Shown in pieces: positions 24,111 to 38,221 of a DNA stretch of 64,000 nt. The notes under the pieces were generated by a model. That model saw only the letters and a program-made list of their open reading frames with translations. It had not been told where the DNA came from and did not search any database. Source of the DNA: Eledone cirrhosa (taxonomy: Eukaryota). Position numbers and translations under genes: made by a program. The stretch covers positions 29,450,001 to 29,514,000 of the forward strand of contig OZ024743.1 of NCBI GenBank assembly GCA_964016885.1. Direction: 5' to 3'. Numbering within the stretch: position 1 is the stretch's first letter; each line of letters begins with the position of its first letter.

Positions 24111-27100
24111 AAAACATTTTAAAAAAAATTCTTCCTGGCATCTAATCCTTAATCCTTGATATCAAAAATCTAACCCAGGAATTAGATAAAGGATTTACAA
24201 ATAATATTTTACATTGTAAGTATTATCGCCATTAACAGAGTATTCCACTCTATTGTTCGCTATTTACTAATGCAATAAACAACAAGAAAGAACTCTCAAC
24301 AATAAAAAAACAGTGACGGATAAACGGCGTTTCAGGTAACAACGTCTATCCAATGTAAAAGAAGAACCCGTCTCATATCGTCTCTTAACTTAAAAGCAGA
24401 CCTATACATAGAAGGCGTTACATTCCTATGCTATGACTATTCTTAAAAGACTTCTACGCAACTCCAACACTATTTATATCGTCTAAAATCTGGACTGCAC
24501 AATAACAAATTTAAAGTAGCATTTACCATTTCTGATGTCTCCCTGTGATACACACGACTTATAAGGACAGAAGACTAGCAAGAACCGTGTTCTAAACATA
24601 TTGACCTTCACCTCCTCTACTGTGCCGAACAGAAATAAACAGGGCAGTGCGGAGAAGGAATATGTCCAAACTGTTGGACTGCTCCCCATTATCCATAACA
24701 TTTATTACTGCATATCGGTGGGTTCGATCCGGTATTCAGTTTGATGGAGATATGATATAGCTGGGATGGTGGGTCGTTGTTAGCACGAAAATATCTGCTA
24801 TTTGGCTCATTAAGTAAAGTTGAACTGATGCTTCCCACCAGCAACTTCTATTTAGTTCAACCAGAGTTATTGCAGAGGGGTCTATAAAAGGAATAACCTA
24901 TATGTCATTCATTTCTAAATATCATCTTCTACACTGGAACAAATCCAGACAGAATAGCTTCAACTCATTTCTAGAAATTGTTTGTTAACACATTGATGGG
25001 ACGAGCAGTACATGTGAAGGATGGAAACTAAATACTGTAAGACTCACTACCATTTCGACTTCAATTCCATCCTACATTTATTAAATACAAAACATTGAAA
25101 TATATCAGAATCGAATTTGTGATATACTGCAGATAAAAGAAAATAAAACTGTAAAATTCCTGAGTGTTAAAAATAATCTCTGAAATCAAAAAGCAATCAT
25201 TACAGAATATAATTTAATTACTATTATTTATTTGAAATCTGACATATAGTTCTGTTTTTATATAAATTTCTTTATTTCCATCTTTGAGCCTCCATTTCGA
25301 GTTTTGTTAATATTTCTGAAGAAACATTTTTTCATTAAATTTTGTTTCTAGCTTTATCGATTTAAAAAAAAAAAAGTAGCCAGTGTACATTCACAATTTA
25401 TCCGAGGCTTAATATCTTTAACTTAAGAAAGAAATATTTTATATCTTTGAAGGGAATGATTATTTCACTTTATGATGAAAATCATTACCTTATGACCATA
25501 AAACTAACTTTAAAATATTAGATGCCCTCCCGTAACGATCATGCAGAGAAAATACTATGGAAAGTGAAAATGTAGAATAGTAGTTTGAATAAAAAACTGT
25601 ATTTTACAGACAGAAATTAAAACGAAAGACAAACAAAACAGCAGAACAACTCTTCAAGAGATAGGAGAAAGCTAAGAAAATTAGGTTAAGTTATCTCTTA
25701 GGTATATAAAGAATTCTATAAGCGATGGAAGAAAATGTTCCTAAAATGAATTGGAGTTCTAAATAAACATTTTAGATGAAGTATTCATTATCGAAAAAAC
25801 ATAAAAGTTAGTTTACATCAGATACGTTTTCATTTGTATATATAAGGATATTAGCCACCAAATCTCACTTTAATATCAAGTGCTTAATGAGACTATTGAT
25901 TTCGAATAAATATATACAATTAAAAGCCTTTTGATATGTCTTTTACTTGCATTGTTGCTGTATATGTTTGAGATGATCAAATGATACTTTCAGATAATTA
26001 CTTTACTGAAGAAAAAAAAACAAAAAGAAAAAAAACATTCTGATATCGTATCATAGCATTGTGGAGTGTTTTACCAGTTAAGATTATCTTACCTCTGAAT
26101 GGTATGATGTAGAAAAAAATTACAAAATATAATATATTTTCCCCTTTAATCACGTTAAAATGTCAATATGCGAATTAAGTGATCCTGCTAAATGAATCAG
26201 AGATTCCTTACAATATTCTATCAAGAACTGAACTCTATCGAAAATTCGCAAATGATTTGCTCCAAGTTCAATTCAAAAATGTGTTTCAAGGAAGTAATCT
26301 TTTTATTAATGATAGTTTGAAAAATCTCTCAAATTAGATTTCCTATTTTTAAATTTGCTTGACGAAATTATGATTAAATGGATTTTAATAAACTACAAAA
26401 CAATCCCACAAGTAACGTAGGTTATTAACATTTTATTAGGAACAACTATACATTTTATGTTTTAAAAAATCGGAATACATCAAATATTTCAACGAAATTG
26501 AACTTGTTATAAAAAACCAAAAAATCAATAGAGTTTAAGATGTTTCAATTTTAATTGTGAATATATGTTTTTATCATACTAAGTATATTCATACAGATTG
26601 CCTATATTAAACAAAATATCTTAAAATATGTTTGGGTATATCCGAATATACAGACCTACTCAACATATTTTACTATAATTAGATGTCTTGTTTATCGGTT
26701 ATTTAGCTTATTATTTTGACTAAGCTTTATATTTCTCTTTTATTATAAAATATGTTGAATAGCTGATTTTATATTTTTATTATCAATATGCGCTGTTTCG
26801 TAATTTTGATGTCCGAAAGTTGTTAATAGCGCAGACATGAATATTATTCATGAGAAATTACTTTGTAAACATTACTATTTAAGAAGGACTATTCACTAGA
26901 GTGTCATGTATGCGTCATAGGTGAGCGGAAACCTACTTTAACAATATTTATGAAATTCCTTGTTTAACGACCAAATATATCGTAATCATTTCAAATGAGT
27001 TAGGATAAGCTTATTACTCTAATATAAAAGAAACCCTATAGGGAAAACCAAAGATTTCGACTGTATATATTACCTCGTTTTAAATATTTATTTCATTTCA

Positions 27101-30100
27101 GGGATAAGCTTTGTTGGTAATAATCTAAATATTATGTGTTTTCCTTTCTTATAAAATAAAACAATTAAATATAAAAAAATGTGAACTGATATATTTCAAA
27201 CGAGAAAATGCTGTTACGATAAATGGAAATCTTACACAAATGTATTTAATGTTTATAATTACATTTAAATGAATACAATAAAGTTGTCCATAGCGTAGAC
27301 TGACTTTAAAAGCATTGCTACAAAATATTTAATTGACGATTGAATATAATACTATGAACTAATGTTAATAAATAATATTTGACTTGTTTTAAATACCTGT
27401 TAGGAGACAGCTATATGGAGACGATAGAACATATCATGATAAAAAGACCTTATGACGCATCTTAACTTTACTGTGGTGTCCAATCCTAGAACTAATATAT
27501 GTTAATTACATCCTTCCAAGCATTCCTTTAACTGTATAGAATATAGAGATCTCTTTTGTATTTAATACTAGAATATGGAGACGATGTTGCAAGAACCAGT
27601 AAGAATGAAAATATACTTGTTTCAACAAGGATTGAAGTCAGTAAAATGCAGTTTAGTCACTATTGCAGTTGTCTGAAGAAATAATAAGTAAATATTTACT
27701 TTGAAATAATTTGTCTATTATCAAATAATATTTTTCTCTCTAAAATAAACCACAAATCTCTAAAGAGAATTAGTAAATATCTTACGTCTGACGAACAGAA
27801 GTTTACGATGCTTTATATAATTTATATGTGTTGTGTCTCTGCAAAATAGTTTTCAACAAAAGAACCATGTCCCATTTTAGAACAAGTTTCAATATTTAGC
27901 ATTAATATTATTTATCCTAATCTAATTTCATGCTATTGACATCGAGTGGCAGTGCCAGTAAAATAACACAGGAAATGGATTTCAATGTTTTACATTCTGA
28001 TAATCTCCATGGGGGGAAGGAGGTTATATGTTTGGTATTTTTTGTTTAACTTGTCGATCATGGCTATGAAGGCATTACAGTTGTGGAAATTATTTTTGAA
28101 TATAACAGCGTACATTCACATTACGTCACGGTCGATAAGAAGAATTACGCTGATGTATTTCTGCGGGAAGATTTAGTTGATTATTCCCATCATACAAAAC
28201 TATGTTGGCATTGTCAAATGTTAGAAGAGTATATTAATGATAAACAAATAGTACGCGTAGGAAATGTTATTATGATTGGTTGAGGAATGATTCAACACAA
28301 CTTCTAGATCTATTTGTTTGAAGTTGTTACTCAGGAGTATTTTAAAGGAAACTCGCGATGGCAATACATATCTGATAGCTAGAAGTGAAACTATTAGTAT
28401 TGCATAAAATATTACAAATGTGGGCATAGGATGTTATAGAAAAATGTTATAAAGAACAACATTTTCGTTATACATACATTCTACAAACAGTGAAATTTAT
28501 TATGAATGTGGATAAGTTAGTGGTCAACGTTACCCCATTCATTTATATGTTGATGAAATATATATATAATAGGATTTTCTACATGATTGCATTTCCTGAT
28601 AGACATAGCTGACAAATAACTCTTAAATCACACCATACACTCCTAGACAATAACATGCTTGGCCATGATTGTAAGGTCTTCATAGACGTTATCGATCAAT
28701 CTGAATCTAGTTAAACAAAAATAATAACACATAATATAAAGATGACACTATTCTTGATAGATCAACCCTGATATATTACAGGTGTTAGCTTTTATCAAAT
28801 GAATTAAATTTAAGATACTGTTGATTAGATTCGAAACTTCTGACGTGTCGAGACAACATTCACAACACTATTAACTGTTTCTACCTATATTTCTTCACTA
28901 AGATATCAAAAAGTATAACGAGTACATTTAAGCTTTCTCAGTAAAAGCATTTCAAACTGAGAATCTTTTAGAGTTTATCGATATTTTAGTAAGGACAATA
29001 TATATATCTATTGACTTATTTTTCCAATGTTTCTCCGAGATAACTGGACTGCGTAATAATTGGTTGAAACACATTATGTATACAGTTCTTTGTTGTCAGT
29101 AATAGATGATAAATGTGGTTAAAGTATATTGAACGTATCAGTAAAGTAGTTTCGTACATTCTAGTGACATTTATCAATGTGACATCTCATATAACGAAGA
29201 GATAGGAGAAATAGTTCTGTATTAAAACTGTTGCTAAAATTGAAATTCCAAGCATTGAATATATAATGCAAAATATGTGCAAAGATGATTTAAATATTTT
29301 ATAGATAGCATCGGAGTATGCAATTTTTCAGGGCACGACTAAAACAACCCATTAGGAGTAAGCTTAACTGTATTAGGATGCCTTGCTTATAAACAGTTTT
29401 CATTTAACCCCTATATTTATGTTGGCAACGAAGGCTAGTTATCTCTTCTAAGTGCTTCTAGATCCTGCCACTTTCAAATATCTATGAAAGTAAGTATTCT
29501 TGTTATTCCACGTCTGGCGAGAAAGTGGTAGCTTGGTGCTACATCCACTATTTAGCTGTTGTTTTTCTTTTGTAGTTAAGTATATGTAATGATATAAGCA
29601 GCACTGTGGTAGATTCGTTAGTGCGTCGAGTAGATTGCTTCGCTTTATTTGCTTCAACTCTCTGCGCATTGAGTTCAAATCTCGCCGTTTTCAATTATCA
29701 TTTTTCTCCTTTAAAGATAATTAAATAATGCACAAGTCCAATAATAGGTAGATATGTCTTCTTCTATATCTGTTTTTTTATTTTCCCCTTCGATTTCACT
29801 GTAAGTAATTAGTTGAGTAAACCGGGTTTAAAATGTTCGTGATACAGTATGTACTACAACGGGCGAGTATGATTCCGTCAGAGGTTCAGGGCCCATAGAC
29901 GGATGCATGTAAGTATAAGTATGGTTGTATTTGTTGTTGCTGCTTTTTTGTAAACCTCGTGTCGTCCTTGTATGAGATTACTACGGTCAAAATTAATCAG
30001 GGAACGTATTACCCAATATGTCTACATTTTGATTAAGGTATGGTGCAATTTAAGGGAGGATTGGGCAGCTTACATGCATACTACTAGCAGATAGAGCAGC

Positions 30101-30464
30101 CTACATGCATACTGCTTCATTGGATGAATGGAATCAGTACCTATTGTTTTTTCTTGGTATGAATTGTGATAATTTATGTTTGGTAAAATATTTTTGTTGA
30201 TTAGGTGTTATTCTGGAGGAAAAGGATAGGTGTGAGTGCTGAATACGATATGTGAGAGAAAGAATCGGTTCGATATAACGATGAGATGATTGCATCCAGT
30301 AATTGTACATAGAACTGTCACAATACCACAACCACAGAATCACATGGATTGTTGAAGTACTTTTGGTTGTAGATGCTTAACACTAGGTCAACCTTGATTA
30401 AGGAAACCTTTGGTGTTTTCTGCCATAACCATACAACCACAGATACTTCTTTAGTTTGTGATCA

Positions 30465-30790
30465 TGCATTACTGACTTGTGGAACTCTGTCGAACAGCTG
30501 TTATCGCATGTAATACAGATCAGGCCATCGGCCGAGTCCATCATGAAAATGGCCCCCCGCCTTCTTTTGGAGAGTAGGGTGGTTTAGGGTTGCTGGAGTT
30601 CCAGAGGCATCTCTGGGTTGTACTCTTCTTTATTGGGGAATTTTATTGTTATATATTTTGTTGTTATCTTTTCCCATATCCGATGTTTTGTAAGCCCCAC
30701 TGTTCCTGTTATTGTATTGTCCTCTATATGTCGGCTATTGCTGCCAATAAAGAAAGTATTATTTCTCCTATGAGGGTTATACACAATCTC
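30465..30790 (+). mobile_element. L1/Tx1-type LINE 3' fragment
   Basis: LWNSVEQLLSHVIQIRPSAESIMKMAP, homologous to the 13470 and 54590 copies. Confidence 0.65.
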
Positions 30791-33578
30791 TTGCTACGGG
30801 ATAATTACCTATAATATGAATAAGAGAAAGTGAGTAGATCGTTGCTTACCGTTACCTGCATGGGGAGAGGGGCCATAAAAATAAATGATTTACAGGTAAG
30901 TTATATTATATATACATGTTGAGGTCTATAAAAAATAATTTAGATTATGTTTCATAATATTTGTAGCAAAACCTGTATTTTTTGTGTGTACTATTTTTTA
31001 AAACGTGGCATTTATAATATCTGGTAAGGAAGCTTTGGGTTTGTACTGCAAATATAAATCATTCTCTTTTTGCTTTCCGTCCTAAACCCCTCGTTCAAAG
31101 CTTGGTTTTTCCTGTCGGTCCAATTCTGTTGAATATAATTAAGTAGACGGAAGCAATATAAAAGTCAGTCCGATGGATTACATCTATAATTCAAAGATCT
31201 AGCTTTGTTACGCAGTATCGTGCTGATTCGGCTTGGGAATTATTTTTGTGGGTAGAAGTGTCTGCAGAATAATCAACGATGTAATCTATAATTTATGAGT
31301 TAGACGTTCAGTTGATCGAAAAACGGAATGTACATCATCGAAATCGACGGAGGATTTATCACTTTTGCTATTTAAGTAGTGTTACTTATCACCGGTTAAA
31401 AAATACAGACCATAAACCAGATGTATTCTTCCGACAACGGCTAATTTTCTGCGTCAAGGGGCATTCGTAGAAATCAGCCATCTTATGGTGGTGAGACACT
31501 TGAACATAGAGCTATGAAGACTACATAATAGAACTGTATTTTTCTCGGAAGACTTTGAATTTACATGAATTCTTCCTTATAGATAACTACTTTTCCCCAT
31601 AAACGTTTAATTAATGCTTTGAAGATTTGAACTACTAAAAAACTAATTTATGATATGTAAACAAAATACTTTTTTAGTGATTTCTTTGAAAATATTAACT
31701 TCAAATGCAAAATAATTTCCATAGAAATTATTAATGCCGTCTAAATTAATAGCGTAATCATTTTCATGTATCAGAACACTTGAAATATACTTGTTATCTT
31801 GTTATATACGACATACTGTGCTATAAATGTGGCTTGTAATGAACAACATATGCGCTCACACACGCACGCTGATAGACACAAAAACACGCATAGACAAACA
31901 TACATATACAAGCGTATTAACTCATAGACAAAATGAGATATGATGCAGTATTCAGAAAAAATATATTAATAATGGATATTTGATAATTTTAGTACATTGT
32001 AAATAATAAATTGCTTTGATATTTATCTAAAGTAACTACAATAAAATAAAATATCTCTCTACTGCATCCAGTTTCATTACATGTCATATTTAACAATCTC
32101 ATATGAGCATTTGAAGTTCCAGGTAAATATATCAATTTTATATGATATTACTTCTGCTGTGGGCAGTCAATTTAATATTATTATCTTGTTCTCTGACGGA
32201 ACTCTGGGTTCGTATGTTAATTAAATATTGTGGCAGTCATTGTAGAAGACACTGAAAAGCTATGAGAGAGCAACATAATGAACAAAATGAAACGACACAC
32301 CAATAACAAACACCATACATAGACACCAAAAATAAACACCAGCATGAAACGAAATAATATGGGAGCTCTATATGTATTGGCTAGACTTGTTAAAACCAAA
32401 TCCTATCCTACCGTTCTAAAAAAGGAATACCGTATTACATAATATAACTAAGTCTGAAAAATATGGGATGGTCGTATCCAGAAAATCTTTGATCCTAGTT
32501 CTACTCAAAAGGAGTTTAAATAGAATAAGACAACAATAATAACCATCATCACATGAGCCAATGAACGTAGCCACGTGACACGTGACCTGATATATCGACT
32601 GACCAAATCACTATAAATCACATTCCACTCTCTTAGAAAAGGAAGTATTCATTCGATATTATAGTGTTAGGAACAATATATCTGTGAAATGTATACCATA
32701 TGATCAGGATTTGAACACACATGTTCCTACTCTAGACTGCTCAATCTGCGAGGAACAGCAAATAGATTTCATCAATGGGGTCTCCATATAGTCGTGACTC
32801 GACCATCTAGCAATAGCATGTAAATCTCCATGAAATCACAGCCTACAATCTTAAAAAAATGACGTTAGATAATGTGATCCTGGGTTCCCTGCACGTAGAA
32901 AACAAGACTCTGTGGTTATGGCTAGAATGTCTTTCATCACTGATCTTCTCGACCAGGTTTGAGTTGGTGTTAAACAGGCATAATAAATTAACGAATATTG
33001 GTAATCGTTTAGATTAGATAGTTTATAGAAAGCGAATAAAGAGAAGATTGAAGAAAGGAAAATTAGGGGGAAGCCCTACGTAGCCATAGGATTGCTAGAA
33101 ATATAAACCTAAATATTCCTCAAATACCATTCTACTGAATTTAAAAAATAGAGGACGTCTAATGTAATTTTGATTTCAATAAATAACGACTAAAGTACGC
33201 CTAGAAATGACTTTGATCATTGGGAAATGAAAACAATAGAGTTCTTTCATAAGCAGCGATTTTCAAAGTGCAGTTTCAAAGTTTAGATTAATATAATTTA
33301 TTCAATTGTGTGAGTCATTAAACTAGGGCTATCCTGGGATACTGTCTTGAAGGGATTTCGTGCATCATATCGATGCAGTACTTTTCAAGTCTGATTCTTA
33401 TTTTATCAATCCTTTTTGTCGAACTGCTGGATACCAAAGAGTAAAGGTAAATACAGACAGTATGAAACAAACACACAGACACATCCACATACAGGGACGC
33501 AGACAGACAGACACACACACACGCACACGCACAGACACACACACACATATATAATGCGCTGAAATTCCTCATACTTAC

Positions 33579-33676
33579 CGTCTGTAAAATTTCATTCGCA
33601 AGCATTTGAACACCTGCCGAGATATAGTAGAAAAACTCGCTGTATGTGCTCGGCAGCTAATTGAAACCGAAAGCAT
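33579..33676 (-). CDS. Candidate first coding exon of a host gene (mitochondrial-presequence-like peptide)
   Basis: ATG at 33676, open 98 nt MLSVSISCRAHTASFSTISRQVFKCLRMKFYR+CG, followed by strong donor GTAAGT; Arg/Ser-rich, no acidic residues. Confidence 0.35.
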
Positions 33677-34239
33677 GTCGTTACGGAGCGAACTACATAG
33701 GCGTGCTTGCGCCTATTTGCGGATTATACCAGGTATCATTCCAAATTTCATAGTAATGTAACTTTCTATACTGACTTTAATGTGTATTTATAATAAACGT
33801 CATGAGATTTGTGAAAACAACATATTCATAGTAATTATTGATTCTATTTCGTGGAACCTCCGTTTCTCATAAACCAGTCTCAATTATTCCGCATTCTAAT
33901 AATATTGCAAATATATCATTTCTCCATCTCTACTATCAGAATTCCAAATCATCATCTCCTACACATTCCATTAGACAACTTAAAATAACCTCATTTGTAA
34001 ATCCCTTTCGCCAGTGACATTTTCCCTTTATAGTTCCAAGGCAAGTTTATGGGCAGTTACATAGCTTTTGGGAGATATTTCTTCCCGGATAAGACGTGAA
34101 TAGTAGTCAATGTATTCAAACTCTGGAACCAAACCTTTACATATGGGTGGTAATGTAAAATAAAAACAAAATGTGGTTAAATAAGAAATAAAATCGTTAT
34201 TACATTACCACCTATATTTCGAGTAAACACTTGTTTCTG

Positions 34240-34443
34240 ATTTAGGCACAACGCCAACAAATTTAGAGAGGAGAAAAGTCAGTTAAATCGACCCCAGTGC
34301 CTTACTGGTACTTTATTTTATCAACTCCATAAAGATGAAAGGGAAACCTAACCTCGGTGGGATTTGAACTCAGAACGTAAAGGGACGTAATTACATCACA
34401 AAGCATATTGTCTGACGCTCTACCGAAACTGCTAATCCACCGC
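34240..34443 (-). mobile_element. tRNA-derived SINE (same family as 4120)
   Basis: Reverse complement GCGGTGGATTAGCAG...GAGTTCAAATCCCACCGAGG...TTTCATCTTTATGGAGTTGATAAAATAAAGTACCAG. Confidence 0.85.
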
Positions 34444-34679
34444 TCTCAATGTCGAGCCAATAATGATTTGATTTCAAATTTATACACAACGGTAGCAATT
34501 CTATGTAGAAAGGAAAATCAATTATATCGACCCTCAGTAAATGACGTGTATAGTTTATGGTAGAATGTGCCTGCCAGAGACTGGACTGGGGTAGAAGAGC
34601 ACACTAGTGCATTTCATCTCACATAAGAGCAAACAATACGGCACCGTGTACTGGCTAAAAAACATACGAATCAGTTCAG

Positions 34680-36640
34680 CCTTATCACTATCACATATAT
34701 GCCACCATATTTGCATAGTGCCTCAGAGAAGGTAGTTGAGGCAAGGGCCCATCTTAGGTCAATATCCCAATCTCACCATCAATCACCATCTCAAGGGAAA
34801 AAGATACAGCTTATCATGGCCAAAAAATCACTAGACGACGCTTATCTTAATGCTGAAGCCGACTATATCTCAGGTAGGATTGATCAGCTATCGCAACATC
34901 ACATCAGCAAACACCATCATCTTGCTTGGAAGGTTGTCAAAGATCTTCAAGCAAAAACTCAAACTCTGCAGTTAGAATCAAAGGAGGCTCTGCCAAAAAA
35001 CGTCTTGAAAATTGGTCTGCTCATTTTAAAAACCTTCTAGGGAAAAAGGCCAGATTCCCTGATAACTATCAACTGCCATCCGTTCAGGTTTCAGAGCCTT
35101 TAGGAATCAACACCTCTCCTTTCACCATGCCTGAGTTCAAAGAAGTCATCAAACAGCTCAAAGCCTCAAAAGCCTTTGGGCCGGATAATATACCTACCCT
35201 GATTTGGAAGGATGAGCATTTCCACATCCTTTTGTTCAACCTATGTAACCATACTTTCGAGACCAATAAACCACCTAGCGTCTGGCATGCAGCTCAAATT
35301 ATCCCCATGCCCAAAAAAGGAGATCTTTCTTTAGCCACCAACTATAGAGGAATTTCTCTCATGGCAATTGCTGCAAAAATATACAACAAGCTTCTCCTTA
35401 ACCGCTTAATTCCATTTCTTGAGCCAATCCTTCGTAACAACCAGAATGGATTTAGGAGAGGTAGATCAACACTTAGCCAGATTCTCTGCCTTCGCCGACT
35501 TATAGAGGAGTCCCAAAACCGCAATCTAGACCTTGCACTCATCTTTGTTGATTTTTCAAAAGCCTTCGACTCAGTTGACAGGTCGGGGATATTTGAAATT
35601 CTACAACTTTATGGGATTCCTGATAAAATCATCGCGGCCATACGTGTAATGTATACAAATACCAAATCAACTGTCCTGACCCCAGATGGGGAAACACCAC
35701 CTTTCTCAATCCTCGCTGGAATTTTACAGGGCGATACCCCTGCTCCGTATCTATTTATCATTGTTGTGGATTATGTTTTGCGCATGTCTGTGGATAGGAT
35801 TCAGGATAGGGGATACCAACTACAGCCTAGGAGAAGCTCACGCTACCCATCAAAATACTTGACCGACACCGACTTTGCTGACGACATCGCATTGATCAGT
35901 CGGTCACTGGAAAATGCTCTAGAGTCTTTTGAAGTCATTAGAGCAAACGTCCAACTGTGTTGGACTGTACCTCAACGAATCCAAGACTGAGTATGTGAAC
36001 AGATGCGCAAACAGCCCAAACTACCCCATCAGAGACCCTTAATGGTACCACCCTTAAGCAGGTGGAAGATTACAAGTATCTTGTCTCATATATCTCCTCC
36101 TCCAAAATGATTTTCTAACCAGGAAGGGTATGGCATGGTCAGCGTGCAATGACATGCACGCCATATGGAGATCTCAACTTACCAACAAGCTAAAATTGGA
36201 AATATTCCAAGCAACCATTAAGCCCATATTACTTTATGGATCCGAAAATTGGACACTAACATCACAACTTGAGAGGAGATTGGATGGCACATATACCCGC
36301 CTCTTAATGAGAGTGCAAAACCTATCCTGGAAACGACATCCAACCTTGTCTAAAATCTATGGCAAACTCCCTCGAGCCTCTGCCCTTCTAAAATCCCGGA
36401 GAACTCAATTTGCTGGCCACTGTCACCGTGCCAGCAATGCAATTATATCCGCTCTCTTACTCTGGAACCCTGACTCCAGCCTGACTAGGAGTAGGAAACT
36501 GTCATTCCATGACGTTATCTCTAGGGATACGGGTAGCAGTAGATGGGACCTGGGGGCAGCGATGGGGAACAGAGAATTCTGGGGCATGAGAGTGAGATCC
36601 ATCATCTCGACAGTAGTCGACGAATGATGATGATGATGAT
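34680..36640 (+). mobile_element. RTE-clade LINE, 5'-truncated, frameshifted RT, (TGA)n tail
   Basis: ORFs 34926-35990 (KAFGPDNI, NYRGISL, QNGFRRGRST, FVDFSKAFDSV, GILQGD, FADDI) and 36130-36627 (LLYGSENWTLT); GATGATGATGAT tail at ~36626-36640. Confidence 0.93.
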
Positions 36641-36739
36641 ATTTGCATACATCTAAAGAGACATTTCAAATTCATCAAAATCAAACAACATTAGGCAATT
36701 CAAGCCGTCACCCCAACGAATCTGTAGTTTATGTGGATA

Positions 36740-37140
36740 ACCTTTTAGGTTTGCTCCGAATGGGGTTCCTCCGATAGATCCTCGCAGTGAGGTTACTCGA
36801 GTGACTGCGTAGCTCGAAGATCAGACAGTCACTCTTGATAGAAGCCGTACGTCTCCGAATTGAATTGAGAGATCACAGCTCCGGTACAATGGGCATGTGG
36901 TTATAATGTGTCAGAAAATAATCGGTGGGCAGATTTTACGGGCAAAACCAACCGGCAGACAATCCAGGGGTAGACATCGAGCCAGATGGTTGGATAACAT
37001 CTATGAGCTTGTCTAGTCTCGCGTGGGGATTCAGCCGCATCAGTTGGCGACAGTTACTTCTAACAGGATCCGATGGAAGGTGTGTTCGAGGACTCTGCCC
37101 TCAAGACCTTCGTAGGAATAAGTGGGCGAAGATGAAAAAG
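36740..37140 (+). mobile_element. Degenerate RTE-type LINE 3' end
   Basis: GHVVIM...ILRAKPTGRQSRGRHRARWLDNI. Confidence 0.55.
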
Positions 37141-37188
37141 ACGGCAGTTTACATATGATCGCACCCCCTCTCTCTCTGTATATATATG

Positions 37189-37226
<38 letters not shown>

Positions 37227-37321
37227 AAGAGATGCGATCATATGTAAACAGCCATCTTCTTCAATATATATATGTGTGTGTGTGTATGTATATATAAGCA
37301 TATGTATATATACGTATATGT

Positions 37322-37598
<277 letters not shown>

Positions 37599-38116
37599 AA
37601 TGTAAGAATGCCATCGCTCATGTGTAAATGAGATTAAACTTACCGTAGTTATCTCCCACCATATATATCCATGACAAGATAATTTCATTTCATACAATAT
37701 TCTATTGTACATCTTTCTTTAAGCTTCACTTTCTCTTTACCAGTTTAATTCAGACCAATATTATAACATTTCTTTACAGTACCATTGTAGTACCAATTCC
37801 TACCTTTGATATCTAGGCTGGTTGCCGTGGTTAACGAATAATATATATAATTAGATATATATACATCGGTTTTCCTCTTACTTTAACTGAATTAACAAAT
37901 ACTATTCTGAATGAAATCAAATCATTTAATTTTCTGATTTGACAATATAATGAATAATGACATATTGTATAAGATTCGATATAAAGAAAGGAGTTTATCG
38001 TTAGATCAGACCATGGAAAAAAAAATTCCATTGGTCTTTCCATTATTTCAACTGCCTGCTGCTCACGTTTCCTTATTCTATACACACATACACATACTCC
38101 TACACACCGAAGTGTG

Positions 38117-38218
<102 letters not shown>

Positions 38219-38221
38219 TAT

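Noticed and set aside
27960-28430. Short ORFs including a WGEGGY motif
   Set aside because: Stops nearby, no splice support, likely coincidental.
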